Source: a virus
Strand: one strand, 5' to 3'
Length of the DNA stretch: 64,000 nt
IMG/VR virus record: IMGVR_UViG_3300045993_000562
Coordinates: 1-64,000 of that record
In this document: in pieces, positions 49,215-60,107 of the stretch
How positions within the stretch are numbered: the first letter of the stretch is position 1
Layout: every line of letters begins with the position of its first letter
Position numbers and translations under genes: made by a program
The notes under the pieces: generated by a model
Told to the model about the DNA's origin: nothing
The model's database searches: none
The model's input: the letters and a program-made list of their open reading frames with translations, nothing else

Positions 49215-49900
49215 AACATCCCTCAATCAAATACCACAGTCCATCTCGTTAGAGTAAGGAAAGATCAACACACCTGAATTCATGAAGTAGTTACCGAAGT
49301 CCCTAAAGGACCGGCCACTAACAGGTGTTGCACTTTATACTAGTGTTGATAAAGTAAGTGATTGAAGGCTGCTAACTTACGGTTAAGTGGGAGTTTGGCC
49401 CTATGCCTTACTACTCGGGGGAGTCCGCCACTATGAGGTCATTTCTATATGTTTCCACACGTACTTCTTCCTGACCTACCGCCTCGAAACAACTTCCTAG
49501 ACTGGTTGCACCCAGTACTAGGCTTAGGATTCGTTATGGAGTTTTGCTGCAATACTCATCCATAACTCCGTTATCGCTTATCAGGCGACCCTTACATCCT
49601 TAGGTAGGGGATTTGAAAATCAGCATCAATAGCTACGCCTTTCGACTAACTATCAGGAGTCGTTCTCACTCCTGTTCCGTCTTTACGGCGGCTGCGGTTT
49701 AATATTGTATCCGCTCTTTTTTGAACTCAACGTAGTCTTGACTCAAAGGGGATAAGAGACAAGGCGTACTATTGATGCTGACTAGTCCATGGTTTCGCAA
49801 TCATTGTAATGGGTGTGGAGTTGTAACCACCACTAACGATTACGACTTATTCACAGGAGAGACGCATGACCGTCCTACCACAGCCGGGCTTATCCACCAC
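49215..49900. ncRNA. Cluster of putative structured ncRNAs
   Basis: No CDS; long closing stems such as tcagcatcaatag-tacgcctt/aaggcgta-ctattgatgctga (49620-49781). Confidence 0.5.
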
Positions 49901-50605
49901 GAGTTTCACCGGTTTTGTATCTTTAAAACAACTTCTGCTGAATCATAGGCTTCGTCGTCAGTGCAACCCTCAGCTTTTGGAATATTGCTATCCCTAATTG
50001 CTTAGAAGGTCGTGACTTCATAACCGATGACATCTTGCTTATTTGCTTGAATCTTGGATCCAGTATCGTTGCCATTTCAACCTCATGTTAAAGTGTTGTT
50101 CATTGCAAGATACTTATACCAAGACTAGGGGTGAAAATTTAATCCAGATTAGAGGGGTATGACGGAGGGACAAATGTTCCCTTTAATTCTGTGCCCTTCA
50201 ACACTTTCCCAATACTCTCCAGCACCTTACCCATCTCCTCATAAGAGGTAGGTACATTTGCACTGAAACCAATTTGCATACCGGCGATGGAGATTTTCCA
50301 ACGCACGGTCTCATCCACCTTGATGTTGAGATCAGGTAGATAAGAGTTGATGCGGCGGTTGATTATCACTGATAACAATTGTAGGACTTTCATGTCGAAC
50401 CATTGCGCCAGTCTCTTTGCTAAATTGCCCATAGGCTCTCCTATACATTGCCATTGCAAACGTTTCGTTGTCAGGGATACACAGTCTCCTGTGTAACTCC
50501 TGCTCTTCTCTTTTGTGCCCCTCTAAAATATCTAGATGTAAAATAAAGAGTTTCTTAATACCTTGACTAGCTATACTGTGTGTCATTGTTTATACCTCTG
50601 AAGTG

Positions 50606-50687
50606 TGCCGGGGACAGGATTCGAACCTGCATGCCAAAAGGCGACGAGGCTTAAACTCGTTGCGTCTACCAGTTCCGCCACCCCGGC
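50606..50687 (-). tRNA. tRNA-Leu(TAA), CCA not encoded
   Basis: ACGAG-TTTAAGC-CTCGT with Leu-type D-arm and variable arm. Confidence 0.88.
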
Positions 50688-51149
50688 ATTGATTCGGTTA
50701 CAAACAGTTCCCAGCAGCTTTACACTGGTAAATAGCAGATTCCTTCCAGGTGTCCACTACTGTGAGTACTGGTTCTACCGGCATAGATTCTACCCACAGC
50801 CAGATAAACGCCATAGCCACTAGTAATACTAGCGTCATTTTTGAATCTTCCATGTCAGAACTCCACTCCTAATGTAACGGCATCCGTCTCTACTCTTTTA
50901 AATGCCCGGTTAAAAATACCCTGCAAAGCTGCAGCATCCTCTTGGGATAGGACGAGAGTAGCACTGAAACCATCAGAGTTTTTCTGCCCCTCTTTAGGTT
51001 TGAAGGCTATTGCTACTTCATGCCCTGCGGCTACCTTTACTGCACATGATGATAAGAATTGGCAATCGTTAACCAATCGTGCAGCTGTGTTTATTACTTT
51101 TGCTTTCATCGAGCCTCCTATTATCCACTTTAGTTTCCGCGTTGTTTAA

Positions 51150-51224
51150 TGGTGTCCTCGACGGGAATTGAACCCATACCTAGCCCTTAGGAGGGGCTTG
51201 TTGTATCCATTCAACTACAAGGAC
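51150..51224 (-). tRNA. tRNA-Arg(CCT)
   Basis: AGCCC-CTCCTAA-GGGCT, CCA. Confidence 0.88.
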
Positions 51225-51257
51225 GTTGTTTAAATGTTGCTTATTCAAAGCCAATCC

Positions 51258-51906
51258 TGGGCGGTACTGGACTTGAACCAGTGACCAAAGGATTCGTACC
51301 ACTTCGTCTTTCGACGCCAACACTCCAAACTCCACCTTAGACTATATATCACCATCAGCGAGCTTCATTTCCTTTTAAGGATTATTGTTCGTGGTCTGGA
51401 CTATGCTATCACCGTATTTACCCTTTAATACCTACTACTCTTCAATCGAGGCGTGGTCTATTTCGTAAACTTAGGCATTCCGTCTCTAGTCTCTACACCT
51501 TCCTTAAATCAGATTAGACACCTATTCGCTCCGTAGAGGGTGTTCTGGAAATCTGCACCACGGGATACAACTATTGTTTAAACCTTCATAATACAAGGTC
51601 TCCCAATTAAGGCTTGGCTCGGCGTTGGCATTCTAATTACAGGTACACCCCTCTCTCATAGTCATGACGGAGTGTTTAAGTTTAGTGACTAACCTATTAT
51701 TAGTGAAGCGTCCGCCGAATTTACGGAAATTCATCTAGCGTCTTTCGATTGAGTTGTTACGCCAGTGTCCCGTGGAATGCCGTTACCGACAATTGCTTGA
51801 CGGGAAAGGGGGCTTAGACTCACAGTAAAGACTACCAACTCATTTTTCACTAGCGCACAATTTTACTGATGAGTCCTCTGCTCTAAACCAACTGAGCTAA
51901 CCGCCC
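51258..51906 (-). tRNA. tRNA(CAT), probably Ile2, split by a group I intron
   Basis: 5' exon 51869-51906 ends GAGGACTCAT; 3' exon 51258-51294 is AATCCTTTGGTCACTGGTTCAAGTCCAGTACCGCCCA. Confidence 0.85.
51295..51868 (-). mobile_element. Group I intron (IC3-like), no homing ORF seen
   Basis: Inserted after U, ends in G; core elements AAATTCGGCGGACGC, CCGAGCCAAGC, GAAGGTGTAGAGACTAG and ATAGTCC. Confidence 0.85.
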
Positions 51907-52439
51907 AGGATTGACTTTGAATGTACTGATTTTTAGTGCTTCTGACCAGTCACCTGTGCAACAAACAGAGTGAGTTCCCCGTCAACGGAACGGTCAGTCT
52001 TCTTGATACCGAGGTGGTGTTTGACACCTTCCAAGGTCTTGAACGCAGCATGAGGAGCTTGACCCTTGCTGACGTTTTCCTTTACAGCACTTGCAATCCC
52101 ACCTTTACTGAAAAATTTGGTGAAATTGCGTTGTGTAGCTTCATCGTACTTTTGTTGTACAGACTTCATAGCTTTCTCCTAATTGAGTTGAATGGTTTGG
52201 TCTCGCAAGTCTTAATTCCTTACAACTATCTTATACCACAGTTACTTCAGGTAATTGACCTACGCTAGGCTCTTCCCCGCTGAACAAAACACCAGCCAGG
52301 TTGAGTATGGAAGTAGCCTTAGGTAGGTTCATTAGCCTCACTTCCGAACGTAGTACCAGGGGCCATACTTCATCCCACACCCATAGAAACTCCTTACGCA
52401 ACATAACTACCTGTCGTCTAAGGTCCTCCATCTCTTTTA

Positions 52440-52835
52440 CTAAGCTTTTATCAGGCATTGCATCTCCTTCGGAATTTCTACTTCATAACCCAGTTTACCT
52501 GCTACAAAACATCTCATAGCGGCGATAAGCACAGTAGGCCCATCACCAATGGGTAAATACCCGCTCTCTATGTAGCACTGCCATCCTATAACCTCCAATT
52601 TTTCATTACGGAACACGTTACTTTGTATTCCCTCTTTTTCGATGATCGGATATGACTCTGTAGGGTCGGTAGAGTACTGTGGTACACGGAAATCCTCATT
52701 ACTGCTCTCCCAAGTCTCCTCGAAATAGCACGGCTTACCCATACAGGTCCCTACTCGTTTACCCAGAGCTTTAGCTACAAGCCAATCTAGTATCTGGCCG
52801 TCTACTTCTTGGACGTTAACTTTGATGGTTTCCAT
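52440..52835 (-). CDS. NinX/DUF2591-like phage protein
   Basis: LDWLVAKA...YSTD...PIIE...G.T.LIAAMRCFV..KLG.EVEIP. Confidence 0.75.
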   Translation of the reverse strand: METIKVNVQEVDGQILDWLVAKALGKRVGTCMGKPCYFEETWESSNEDFRVPQYSTDPTESYPIIEKEGIQSNVFRNEKLEVIGWQCYIESGYLPIGDGPTVLIAAMRCFVAGKLGYEVEIPKEMQCLIKA

Positions 52836-53273
52836 AGAGGTATCTCCTAAATTCTACACAGCTAAGGATAAACCTCCACCTGTACTCCGGTAAGGTTGCG
52901 TGGTGGGGCTTTTCATGGCCCCGTTTTCTACTTTGCATCAGACTTCGACGGTAAGTGCTGTACGTAGTTTTAACAAACTCCATACAAGCCTCCTTCCCGT
53001 CACGGCCTTCAACGAAGGGTATTCTGACCTGTTCAGAATTGAACGGATTTGTAGATGTCATATACTCAACCTTTTCTTCCATTGTTTAACGTCCTTTTTC
53101 CCATCTCCCTTTCCAGTTCCAATATCCACTGTTTTAGGATAGGCTTCATCCTCTCTGTCCTAGAGTAGCTACTATCAAAAACTTTAGCCTCAAAAAGCTC
53201 AGACTCCAATTGGTATATTCCCCGTTTAGAGTAGTAAGCCTCAGCATTCCACTTGACAGGAGTATACGCCATA

Positions 53274-53690
53274 CTAGGGAATAACGGAGTTAACACAGTT
53301 AGCCGTATCTGGCACTGGTGGGATTGAGGCGCTTATCTTTCTTTCTACTCTATCAATGCAGTAAGGGCACGTAGCAGCTGAGCCTGTCTTTATTGATACA
53401 TGGACCCACATGAGGTTAGATACTGCATCTACTCCGCCACAGGCTAAAGGTATTACATGATTCATCTGCCATCCAGGGCATTTGCCTGTTGGTAGTCCAG
53501 TTGACGGACATGGGTGTATCTTTTGAAAGGCTTTAAGAACATCAGCCCTACGGATAATGTCTCCACTTGCATTCCTCTTCACTACGTCGGTGTACCTGGT
53601 CTCAATCAAAGGATCTGCCAGCTGACCTGAATGACTAGAACATGCTAATAGACTGAGTATTAGTGCTACGATCATTACTATGTATTTCAT
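53274..53690 (-). CDS. Lipoprotein with HNH-like domain
   Basis: LLAC lipobox; F...HPCPSTG...CPG...HVIPLACGG.D...NL.W. Confidence 0.7.
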   Translation of the reverse strand: MKYIVMIVALILSLLACSSHSGQLADPLIETRYTDVVKRNASGDIIRRADVLKAFQKIHPCPSTGLPTGKCPGWQMNHVIPLACGGVDAVSNLMWVHVSIKTGSAATCPYCIDRVERKISASIPPVPDTANCVNSVIP

Positions 53691-53807
53691 AAGTTTCTCC
53701 TAAATGTGTATTTTAAGTCTTGTTCTCTTTAGTCTTATACCATCTTTAAGCACAAATAATTAAGGCCTCCGAAGAGGCCCTAATTTAATTACTACGTACT
53801 GGCTGCT

Positions 53808-54071
53808 TTAGATTTCAAGGTTGCTAGACTGACGAATACGGATAGTCTTTTTAGCAGGGATCTGCAAAGCCGCACCGGTGTTAGGATTACGGCCCATACG
53901 AGCTTGGCGGCTAACAACCTTCAATTTACCAATTCCAGACAGTGTTACATCGTCCCCGCTCTTAAGAACTGCTGAGATGACGTCAAGAAAGTGATTTAAC
54001 CTACGTTCTGCCTCCGCTTTAGAAATATCCCCAGTTTTTGCCAATGCTGCTACGATTGCTTGCTTGTTCAT
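53808..54071 (-). CDS. hup: HU-like DNA-binding protein
   Basis: MNKQ...LSGIGKL..RQARMGRNPNTG..LQIPA. Confidence 0.92.
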   Translation of the reverse strand: MNKQAIVAALAKTGDISKAEAERRLNHFLDVISAVLKSGDDVTLSGIGKLKVVSRQARMGRNPNTGAALQIPAKKTIRIRQSSNLEI

Positions 54072-54083
54072 GTTTGTTCTCTC

Positions 54084-54108
54084 TTATTATTATTATTATT
54101 ATTATTAT
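54084..54108. repeat. (TTA)8 microsatellite, (AAT)n in the hup leader
   Basis: ttattattattattattattattat. Confidence 0.9.
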
Positions 54109-54511
54109 GGTGTTATTTCAAAGGCTCTAGAACCGCAATCAAACCGAACGTCTGATTAACTGGAGCTAGTTGCTTACTGTATGCTTCACGTACTGCATAG
54201 AACTCGTCGTCTGCGTACACAATGCCCAGTGAAGGTTTAGGACCCCACTTCTTTACGTTCCATCCAGAGTCTGGGTAGATGTAAAATCTTGCATTACCGT
54301 GACCATAGAAGTTACGGTAGTTTTGGATTCCTTGAGGCTTACGATTAACCCAAGGCTTCTTCTTTGTTGCCACTGCTACTACTGGTGTTACACTTTTCGC
54401 TTCGCTCATTTTCCCGTCTCCGGTGTTGTTGTTGAGGATTGAATTATGAATGAAGCTAAAAAAGAAGTCAAGCGAAATTGAAGAAATACCCTCAATTTCG
54501 CCACGACATCA

Positions 54512-57418
54512 CTACCTATCGTTTAACCCTGCTATGTTTCTGATACAGTTAGGTGCTTTACTGGCATCTATCTGCAAGACTTCTCGCCTATGTAATCCTA
54601 ATATTGCAGTAGCCCTATCCTTTATGTAGTAAGGCTCATCACGAATAGCTGCAAGTACGGCATTACGAGAGAACGGGAAATTCCTTCCACAAGAGTCATC
54701 CACTGCTTTATACACAGCTGAAAACCACACATTCAAAGTGGTACCATTCACACTTACATGATTCTCGTTGATGGTTCTAGCGTTACCCTCTTTAGCCATC
54801 AAATGCTCCACTTCTTCAAAGAACTGAGCCACGGTAGACTCACTTTTCTGAGCAGAACTATCTATGGTAGAGGCCTCATACAAGTACTTGCGCATATCAA
54901 ATTCAGGCAGATACTTCTCAGCTAGCCTTATTGCAAAGATGCCCACTATAGACCAACTTTTAGACTTACGAGCAGAGCCTTTAGTAGCTTCACGTATCTC
55001 CTTGTCAAGCTTCCGCATTTCACCCTTCAAAGCTTCATGGTCTTCGTTGACTGACTCCAGTATCCACTTATATCCGACAGAGGATAGTAGATCACGGTTA
55101 TCATCAAACCATCTAAATGACTTGTCTGTTTCACGACCCTTGCCTTCCATGTTCTTCAAGCGTACTACTAGACAACGTTCCTTAGTAGCTGGATCGGTAA
55201 ATTGATCCTCACCGGAGAACATCATACAACATCTGATCACTCGCTCTTTAATAGTATGACCATCCTTAGTACCTAATGGCCTACTACCCCTATCAAAGAA
55301 ATCCCGTAATGCACTTTGATGCTCGGCTGTTTCCTTATCTGCACGAATCTCATCTACCCACAGAGGCAGGGATGCGTAGTACCCGGCCTTAAGAGCCAAC
55401 CCAACACCGGTCTTTATCTGAGCCACTGCAGTTCTGGTTCTAGCCAAGTCATACAAGTCCATTATCCATGAGCATACCGAACCTTTACCCTGTCCAGCAG
55501 TACCCCACACGAACAACATAGGGAAGTTACGGTTCATTTTGAAGACGGTATTTGAGTACGCACACGCATTCATCCAGCCTAGCATTATAAGTGCTTCACC
55601 AGGATCATTCAGGTTGGCTACCAGGTTCTTAACAACATTACCGGTAAACTCGTCTCGTTCTTCCTTGGTCAACTCGTCATTTAAGTAAGGGAGATTCATG
55701 TCCTCACCGTCTACATGATTACTAACGTTGATGGACTCTGGTTTTATTCCTGAAGTCTTGCCACTTAACCAAGTGATACCGTTGTCGTCAGGTTTAATTA
55801 TAGACCCAGTATCGGATATGAACATGTTCCTAAAAATCCAACCACGCTGTCTATCCACCCTACCTACCCATCGAGTAGTTTTGACTTCGTTTTCACCCTT
55901 AGCGAACACCAACTCCCAGGTAACTATAAGGTCATTGTCTGTGCCCCAGAAATCGCCATCAACTGCATTTGCAAGTAAGGTCCTAAACGAACGGATAGAA
56001 GTCTTAATATCGGATTTAACCTCAACAGGCTCGCTTATCTTACCTGTCTCCTTAATGATCCTTACTTCCCTCTTGCGGTCACCATCATTATCCACGAACA
56101 CATTAAGGAGTCTGATTACACAGTTACTTATCTTCTTGTAAGAAGGTACCCCCTCCTTAAACACCATCTTATAGTAGCATCCGTCCTTCTCCATAATAGG
56201 ACTGCTACCCTCTGGCTCGTTACCTTCTGATCCTGAATCCCCTTCTACTTTCACTTGACCCATAATGGGAACTTGGGCGGTAGAGGTAATTCCAGAGGAG
56301 ATGATGATGGATGAGCTAGCTTTAACGGTAGTTACGTTGTCATTCAAGAACTTAACGATATCCACTCCACCCGCTGCCAGATGGTCATCTATGTCCTTAC
56401 CTTCCGGTGGCAATACATGAGTGAGACTCTTAAAGTTACCCTTAATCTTCTCCAGTTTCTCACGATACTTATCTCCAGCAGCATCCGGATCGAACGCAGT
56501 TACTATATGCTTAGAGCTGAGGTTCTCACGCAGCCAGTCTAACTGACTACCGCTGATCTGACCTATAGTGCCGATGACCGACAACTTTGCAGGGTCTGAG
56601 TTCTCCCAAGAACTGATCACGTCATTCTCACCCTCTACTAGAAGTACCGAGTCAGCTAGACGGGTTGAGTCCTGACCATAGAAGGTTGCGCCGTTAAGCA
56701 CGAACTTATTAGGTAGCTGGTACGCAATCTTCTTATTAGGATCCTTAAAGGTAAAGTGACTAGGTCTACCTTTACTCATGTGTGGATAGATGAAGCAGTC
56801 GTTAGGTAAGAAGTCCTTACCTGTCTTAGTGTGTTTAAGACCTGCCTCCAGCAACAGCTCAGGATCGTATCCTAGGCTCTCTAGATACTCGATGAGGCCA
56901 CCATCTGACCAACCGATGTGAAAGTGTTCTAGGGCCCTTACAGAGTGTTTACGGACCCTTGTCTGATACTCTATAGGTGTCATACCACTCAGTTTCTTCT
57001 GAGGAGAGTTACATGACTCCATGAAGCATACCCTATAGTAGTTGGCAGCAGCAGTGAATACGTCTTGAATAGGATTGAAATCACGTGGAAGTTGGATGGA
57101 GTATTCCTTAGCCAGCTCTTTAGCCGCTTCTACTAACGAGATCTTCTTACGCTCTGCTCTCCACTGGATTACATCTCCATGTGAGTCGCAGCTAAAGCAA
57201 TGGTAGATGTTGTCTGAATAGTCTTCAGAGTTACGACTGCTCTTGATCTTGAAGCAATCCATATGTCCGCAGAATGGACATCCACCCTGATCTTGCTCAT
57301 CTACTATGGCAAAAGTATCTGTACCTGCCTCTTTTAAATCTAAATCTAAATCTTTGGAAATGACTTCTAACAAGTCAACTTTTGACTTTACTGTATTAAA
57401 CATTGTTTGGTTCCCCAA
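54512..57418 (-). CDS. DNA primase-helicase (CHC2 Zn finger, TOPRIM, C-terminal P-loop domain)
   Basis: CPFC..HCFSC..GDVI; VEGENDV, FDPDAAG, KDIDD; GTAGQGKG and WVDE. Confidence 0.85.
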   Translation of the reverse strand: MGNQTMFNTVKSKVDLLEVISKDLDLDLKEAGTDTFAIVDEQDQGGCPFCGHMDCFKIKSSRNSEDYSDNIYHCFSCDSHGDVIQWRAERKKISLVEAAKELAKEYSIQLPRDFNPIQDVFTAAANYYRVCFMESCNSPQKKLSGMTPIEYQTRVRKHSVRALEHFHIGWSDGGLIEYLESLGYDPELLLEAGLKHTKTGKDFLPNDCFIYPHMSKGRPSHFTFKDPNKKIAYQLPNKFVLNGATFYGQDSTRLADSVLLVEGENDVISSWENSDPAKLSVIGTIGQISGSQLDWLRENLSSKHIVTAFDPDAAGDKYREKLEKIKGNFKSLTHVLPPEGKDIDDHLAAGGVDIVKFLNDNVTTVKASSSIIISSGITSTAQVPIMGQVKVEGDSGSEGNEPEGSSPIMEKDGCYYKMVFKEGVPSYKKISNCVIRLLNVFVDNDGDRKREVRIIKETGKISEPVEVKSDIKTSIRSFRTLLANAVDGDFWGTDNDLIVTWELVFAKGENEVKTTRWVGRVDRQRGWIFRNMFISDTGSIIKPDDNGITWLSGKTSGIKPESINVSNHVDGEDMNLPYLNDELTKEERDEFTGNVVKNLVANLNDPGEALIMLGWMNACAYSNTVFKMNRNFPMLFVWGTAGQGKGSVCSWIMDLYDLARTRTAVAQIKTGVGLALKAGYYASLPLWVDEIRADKETAEHQSALRDFFDRGSRPLGTKDGHTIKERVIRCCMMFSGEDQFTDPATKERCLVVRLKNMEGKGRETDKSFRWFDDNRDLLSSVGYKWILESVNEDHEALKGEMRKLDKEIREATKGSARKSKSWSIVGIFAIRLAEKYLPEFDMRKYLYEASTIDSSAQKSESTVAQFFEEVEHLMAKEGNARTINENHVSVNGTTLNVWFSAVYKAVDDSCGRNFPFSRNAVLAAIRDEPYYIKDRATAILGLHRREVLQIDASKAPNCIRNIAGLNDR

Positions 57419-57470
57419 TTGGTTTTGCTAACCCAATTATAACAGGGTCAGGGTTTAAAGTGTAGTGCTG

Positions 57471-57731
57471 TTAACATAGCTTGCCAGTATGACAAGTAAT
57501 ATCGTATGGCCAAGTGTAAGGAGCTCCAGTTACATGGACAGGAAGTATGGGTGGCCATGCATCAACAGGCTTACGTGGAATGTACTCATCCAATTTTACA
57601 TCTGGCGTTACTTTAGTGAACACTAACTTGAGATGATTCCTTATTACTTCTAATTGTGCAGCAGAAAGCTCCTTCGAGTCTGTTAACTCGAAGAAGCCCT
57701 GAAGCCAGTATGCAAATGCTTCTGGGGTCAT
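57471..57731 (-). CDS. Conserved small phage protein
   Basis: MTPEAFAYWLQGFFE...HLKLVFTKVTP. Confidence 0.65.
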   Translation of the reverse strand: MTPEAFAYWLQGFFELTDSKELSAAQLEVIRNHLKLVFTKVTPDVKLDEYIPRKPVDAWPPILPVHVTGAPYTWPYDITCHTGKLC

Positions 57732-57732
57732 A

Positions 57733-58692
57733 TCATTCCACTTTCTTGATAGTAAAGTACTTTTTAGTACTAGATTCATTTTCTTTCAAAAGTCCAGCCT
57801 TGCATTCTTCATCGAACTCGCAATACTGGCACTGGCTACCACGAACGTGCTTAAAGAACCCTTTCTCTTTGGTGCTATCAACTGCACCATTGATTCTCCA
57901 GTCCAAGTCTACACGCAGGTCTTTCTCAATCATTGCACGGTCTTTGTAGTCACCCCAAATCAACTTACCTTCTTTGATGAAGTGAATACCTGATTGTGCT
58001 CCAGTAACTGGCTCGATGCCATGATGGAACAATACCTTATACGTATCTAACTGAGGCTGGTAGTTCTTGGTAGTGTTATTAAACTCACCACCACCGTGCT
58101 TGTGGTCAATGATAAGCAGATCTGATGATTTAGGATCAGAGACTTCTAACTGAATGATTAAGTCAATGATACCCCTAAAGTATACGTCGTCACCGAAGAA
58201 TCCAGTAGGTTCGTAATCTTTAGTAATGCCAAGCTTCAACTCAGTATGGACACGTTTAACCTTAAGGTTAGTGTGCATTGTATCCATTCTCCTAGCAAAG
58301 TCACCGATGCTGCCTACCAGTGTTTCGATACGTTCATTCCACTGTTCTTGAGTAAGAGAGGCTTTACCGAAACCTCCGGCTTTAGCTCCTACGATCTCTT
58401 TCTCAGCTTCTTTCATAGCGGAGGTTACGTCTTTGCCTCTCATCACCAACTCAAGCACCCTATGGGCGCTAGTACCTATGTCAGAGATAAGCGTGTCACG
58501 AGTTAGGTAATCACGCTTAACCTTAAGTATGTACTTTAAGTAGAATTGATAAGGGCATTGCTTAAGCATTTTTAACTTAGAGAACGACCAAGGACCGAGC
58601 GCATACTTATCCAGAAGTATGTCTGTAATCTTAGACTCAGCTACCTTTACGTCGTCTATAAGTCTATCTACAGGAGTTAAAGTTTTACTCAT
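57733..58692 (-). CDS. PD-(D/E)XK (RecB/Cas4-like) exonuclease
   Basis: SFSKL..CP, G...H, GIID, IDHK, QL..Y and C..C.....C motifs. Confidence 0.85.
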   Translation of the reverse strand: MSKTLTPVDRLIDDVKVAESKITDILLDKYALGPWSFSKLKMLKQCPYQFYLKYILKVKRDYLTRDTLISDIGTSAHRVLELVMRGKDVTSAMKEAEKEIVGAKAGGFGKASLTQEQWNERIETLVGSIGDFARRMDTMHTNLKVKRVHTELKLGITKDYEPTGFFGDDVYFRGIIDLIIQLEVSDPKSSDLLIIDHKHGGGEFNNTTKNYQPQLDTYKVLFHHGIEPVTGAQSGIHFIKEGKLIWGDYKDRAMIEKDLRVDLDWRINGAVDSTKEKGFFKHVRGSQCQYCEFDEECKAGLLKENESSTKKYFTIKKVE

Positions 58693-59189
58693 TAATGAAC
58701 CGTTATATTTCCAGTCCCTACTATTGAAGGGCTTATTGTTTGAGCATTGGGTGCGCTGTAGTTCAATGACTGTCCAGTTAATGAACTCATCAATTCCAAC
58801 GTACCGTTAACTCTTTCTTCCGTCATGTAATCTGGCAACAACTTAGAGCCAGCTTCAGACAGGTAATCCAGATATAGAAACCTGAACTTGTGGGATACTA
58901 CAGTGACTAGAGCTACAGATGCTTTTAATACTCTGATTACAGATGAGTCGTACAGTGGATCCACTTCAATGTCACTATCTGGAGTAGGTCTGACCATTCT
59001 CGCTGGAGCTCCGACTAAAAAAGAGTCTTCAGTTTCTAGGATAGCTACACCGAAAACAACCTTGCCGTCTACTAGATAGAAACACCTGCACTTAGGGTAT
59101 TTGTCACTTTGAAAATTATCTGATAACTCAACAATCTGCTTCATGTGAAGCGGTAATTTGTCGAAGTCTATTTTATCCCTATTTGCCAT
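58692..59189 (-). CDS. Hypothetical protein
   Basis: ORF in the replication cluster. Confidence 0.6.
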   Translation of the reverse strand: MANRDKIDFDKLPLHMKQIVELSDNFQSDKYPKCRCFYLVDGKVVFGVAILETEDSFLVGAPARMVRPTPDSDIEVDPLYDSSVIRVLKASVALVTVVSHKFRFLYLDYLSEAGSKLLPDYMTEERVNGTLELMSSLTGQSLNYSAPNAQTISPSIVGTGNITVH

Positions 59190-59243
59190 ATTGTTATTAT
59201 TGTTGTCTTTAAACGGGACCGCACTAGGCGGCCCCTTGGCTTA

Positions 59244-60107
59244 TTACACTGAATACTTCTTAGCTGAATCAGACACTACGCCTTCTGTAGTAACTGAAAT
59301 GTTAGCAGCAGGAGTTGACTGAGGCGCAATCAACACAGGGATTATATCCCCACGTGCACGCTTGTCCATGATGCCCTTATGGAAGATGTCCAGCATCTCC
59401 TTACGATCACCGTTAACACCCTTAAAGATCTCATAAACGAAATCCTTATACTCAGCTGGTACGTCACGTTGTTTAGGCTCATTGTAGTACTCGATAGCGT
59501 ACGACTCTACTTGTTTGTACTTAGCGTTAGTTTTAGTGCTAACACCATACTTACGAGAATACAACTGAGTACCTGAATCCTTGATTTTACCAAACCACTC
59601 TTTACCGATGGCGTAGTTAGTCTTAGAGAACGAAATTTTGAATACGTCACTCAAGTCCGCTTTGATGACCATGAATTCATAGGTGATACCACATTCCGAA
59701 CGTTTAGTTTCTTCACTCCACTGAGAGTGAGGACATACCTTACAATCGTTACCGATGTAACCTACTTTTGCGTCTGGGCTGGAGCAAATCAACTTTGCTT
59801 CGTTTTGGTCAGGCGACCAGAACTGACGACCATTCCAAACACCTAGAGGGATAACATCCAGCGGTTGAGCTACTACCGAATCTCCCAAGATAAGACTACC
59901 GATAGATGCGCCTTTTGGTAGCTTAGTACGATCTGTTGTTGCTTGCACCAACTTGACATTAGTTGGCCTCCAACGAGCACGTTCTGGATCATCACCCAAA
60001 CCCTCAATGACTGATGTCATCTTAGTAACCAATGCCAATGCATTAGCTTGTACTTCACGAGGTAAGGCTGCTGCCAGTTTTTCTAATTTTTCTACGTCTG
60101 CTGTCAT
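59244..60107 (-). CDS. Putative ssDNA-binding/recombination protein
   Basis: KLVQ, CSSPD and C..CP..W.....C Zn motif, next to exonuclease and primase. Confidence 0.5.
   Translation of the reverse strand: MTADVEKLEKLAAALPREVQANALALVTKMTSVIEGLGDDPERARWRPTNVKLVQATTDRTKLPKGASIGSLILGDSVVAQPLDVIPLGVWNGRQFWSPDQNEAKLICSSPDAKVGYIGNDCKVCPHSQWSEETKRSECGITYEFMVIKADLSDVFKISFSKTNYAIGKEWFGKIKDSGTQLYSRKYGVSTKTNAKYKQVESYAIEYYNEPKQRDVPAEYKDFVYEIFKGVNGDRKEMLDIFHKGIMDKRARGDIIPVLIAPQSTPAANISVTTEGVVSDSAKKYSV

Noticed and set aside
57733-58692. Cas4 as evidence of a CRISPR system
   Set aside because: Stand-alone PD-(D/E)XK nuclease in a replication cluster, common in phages
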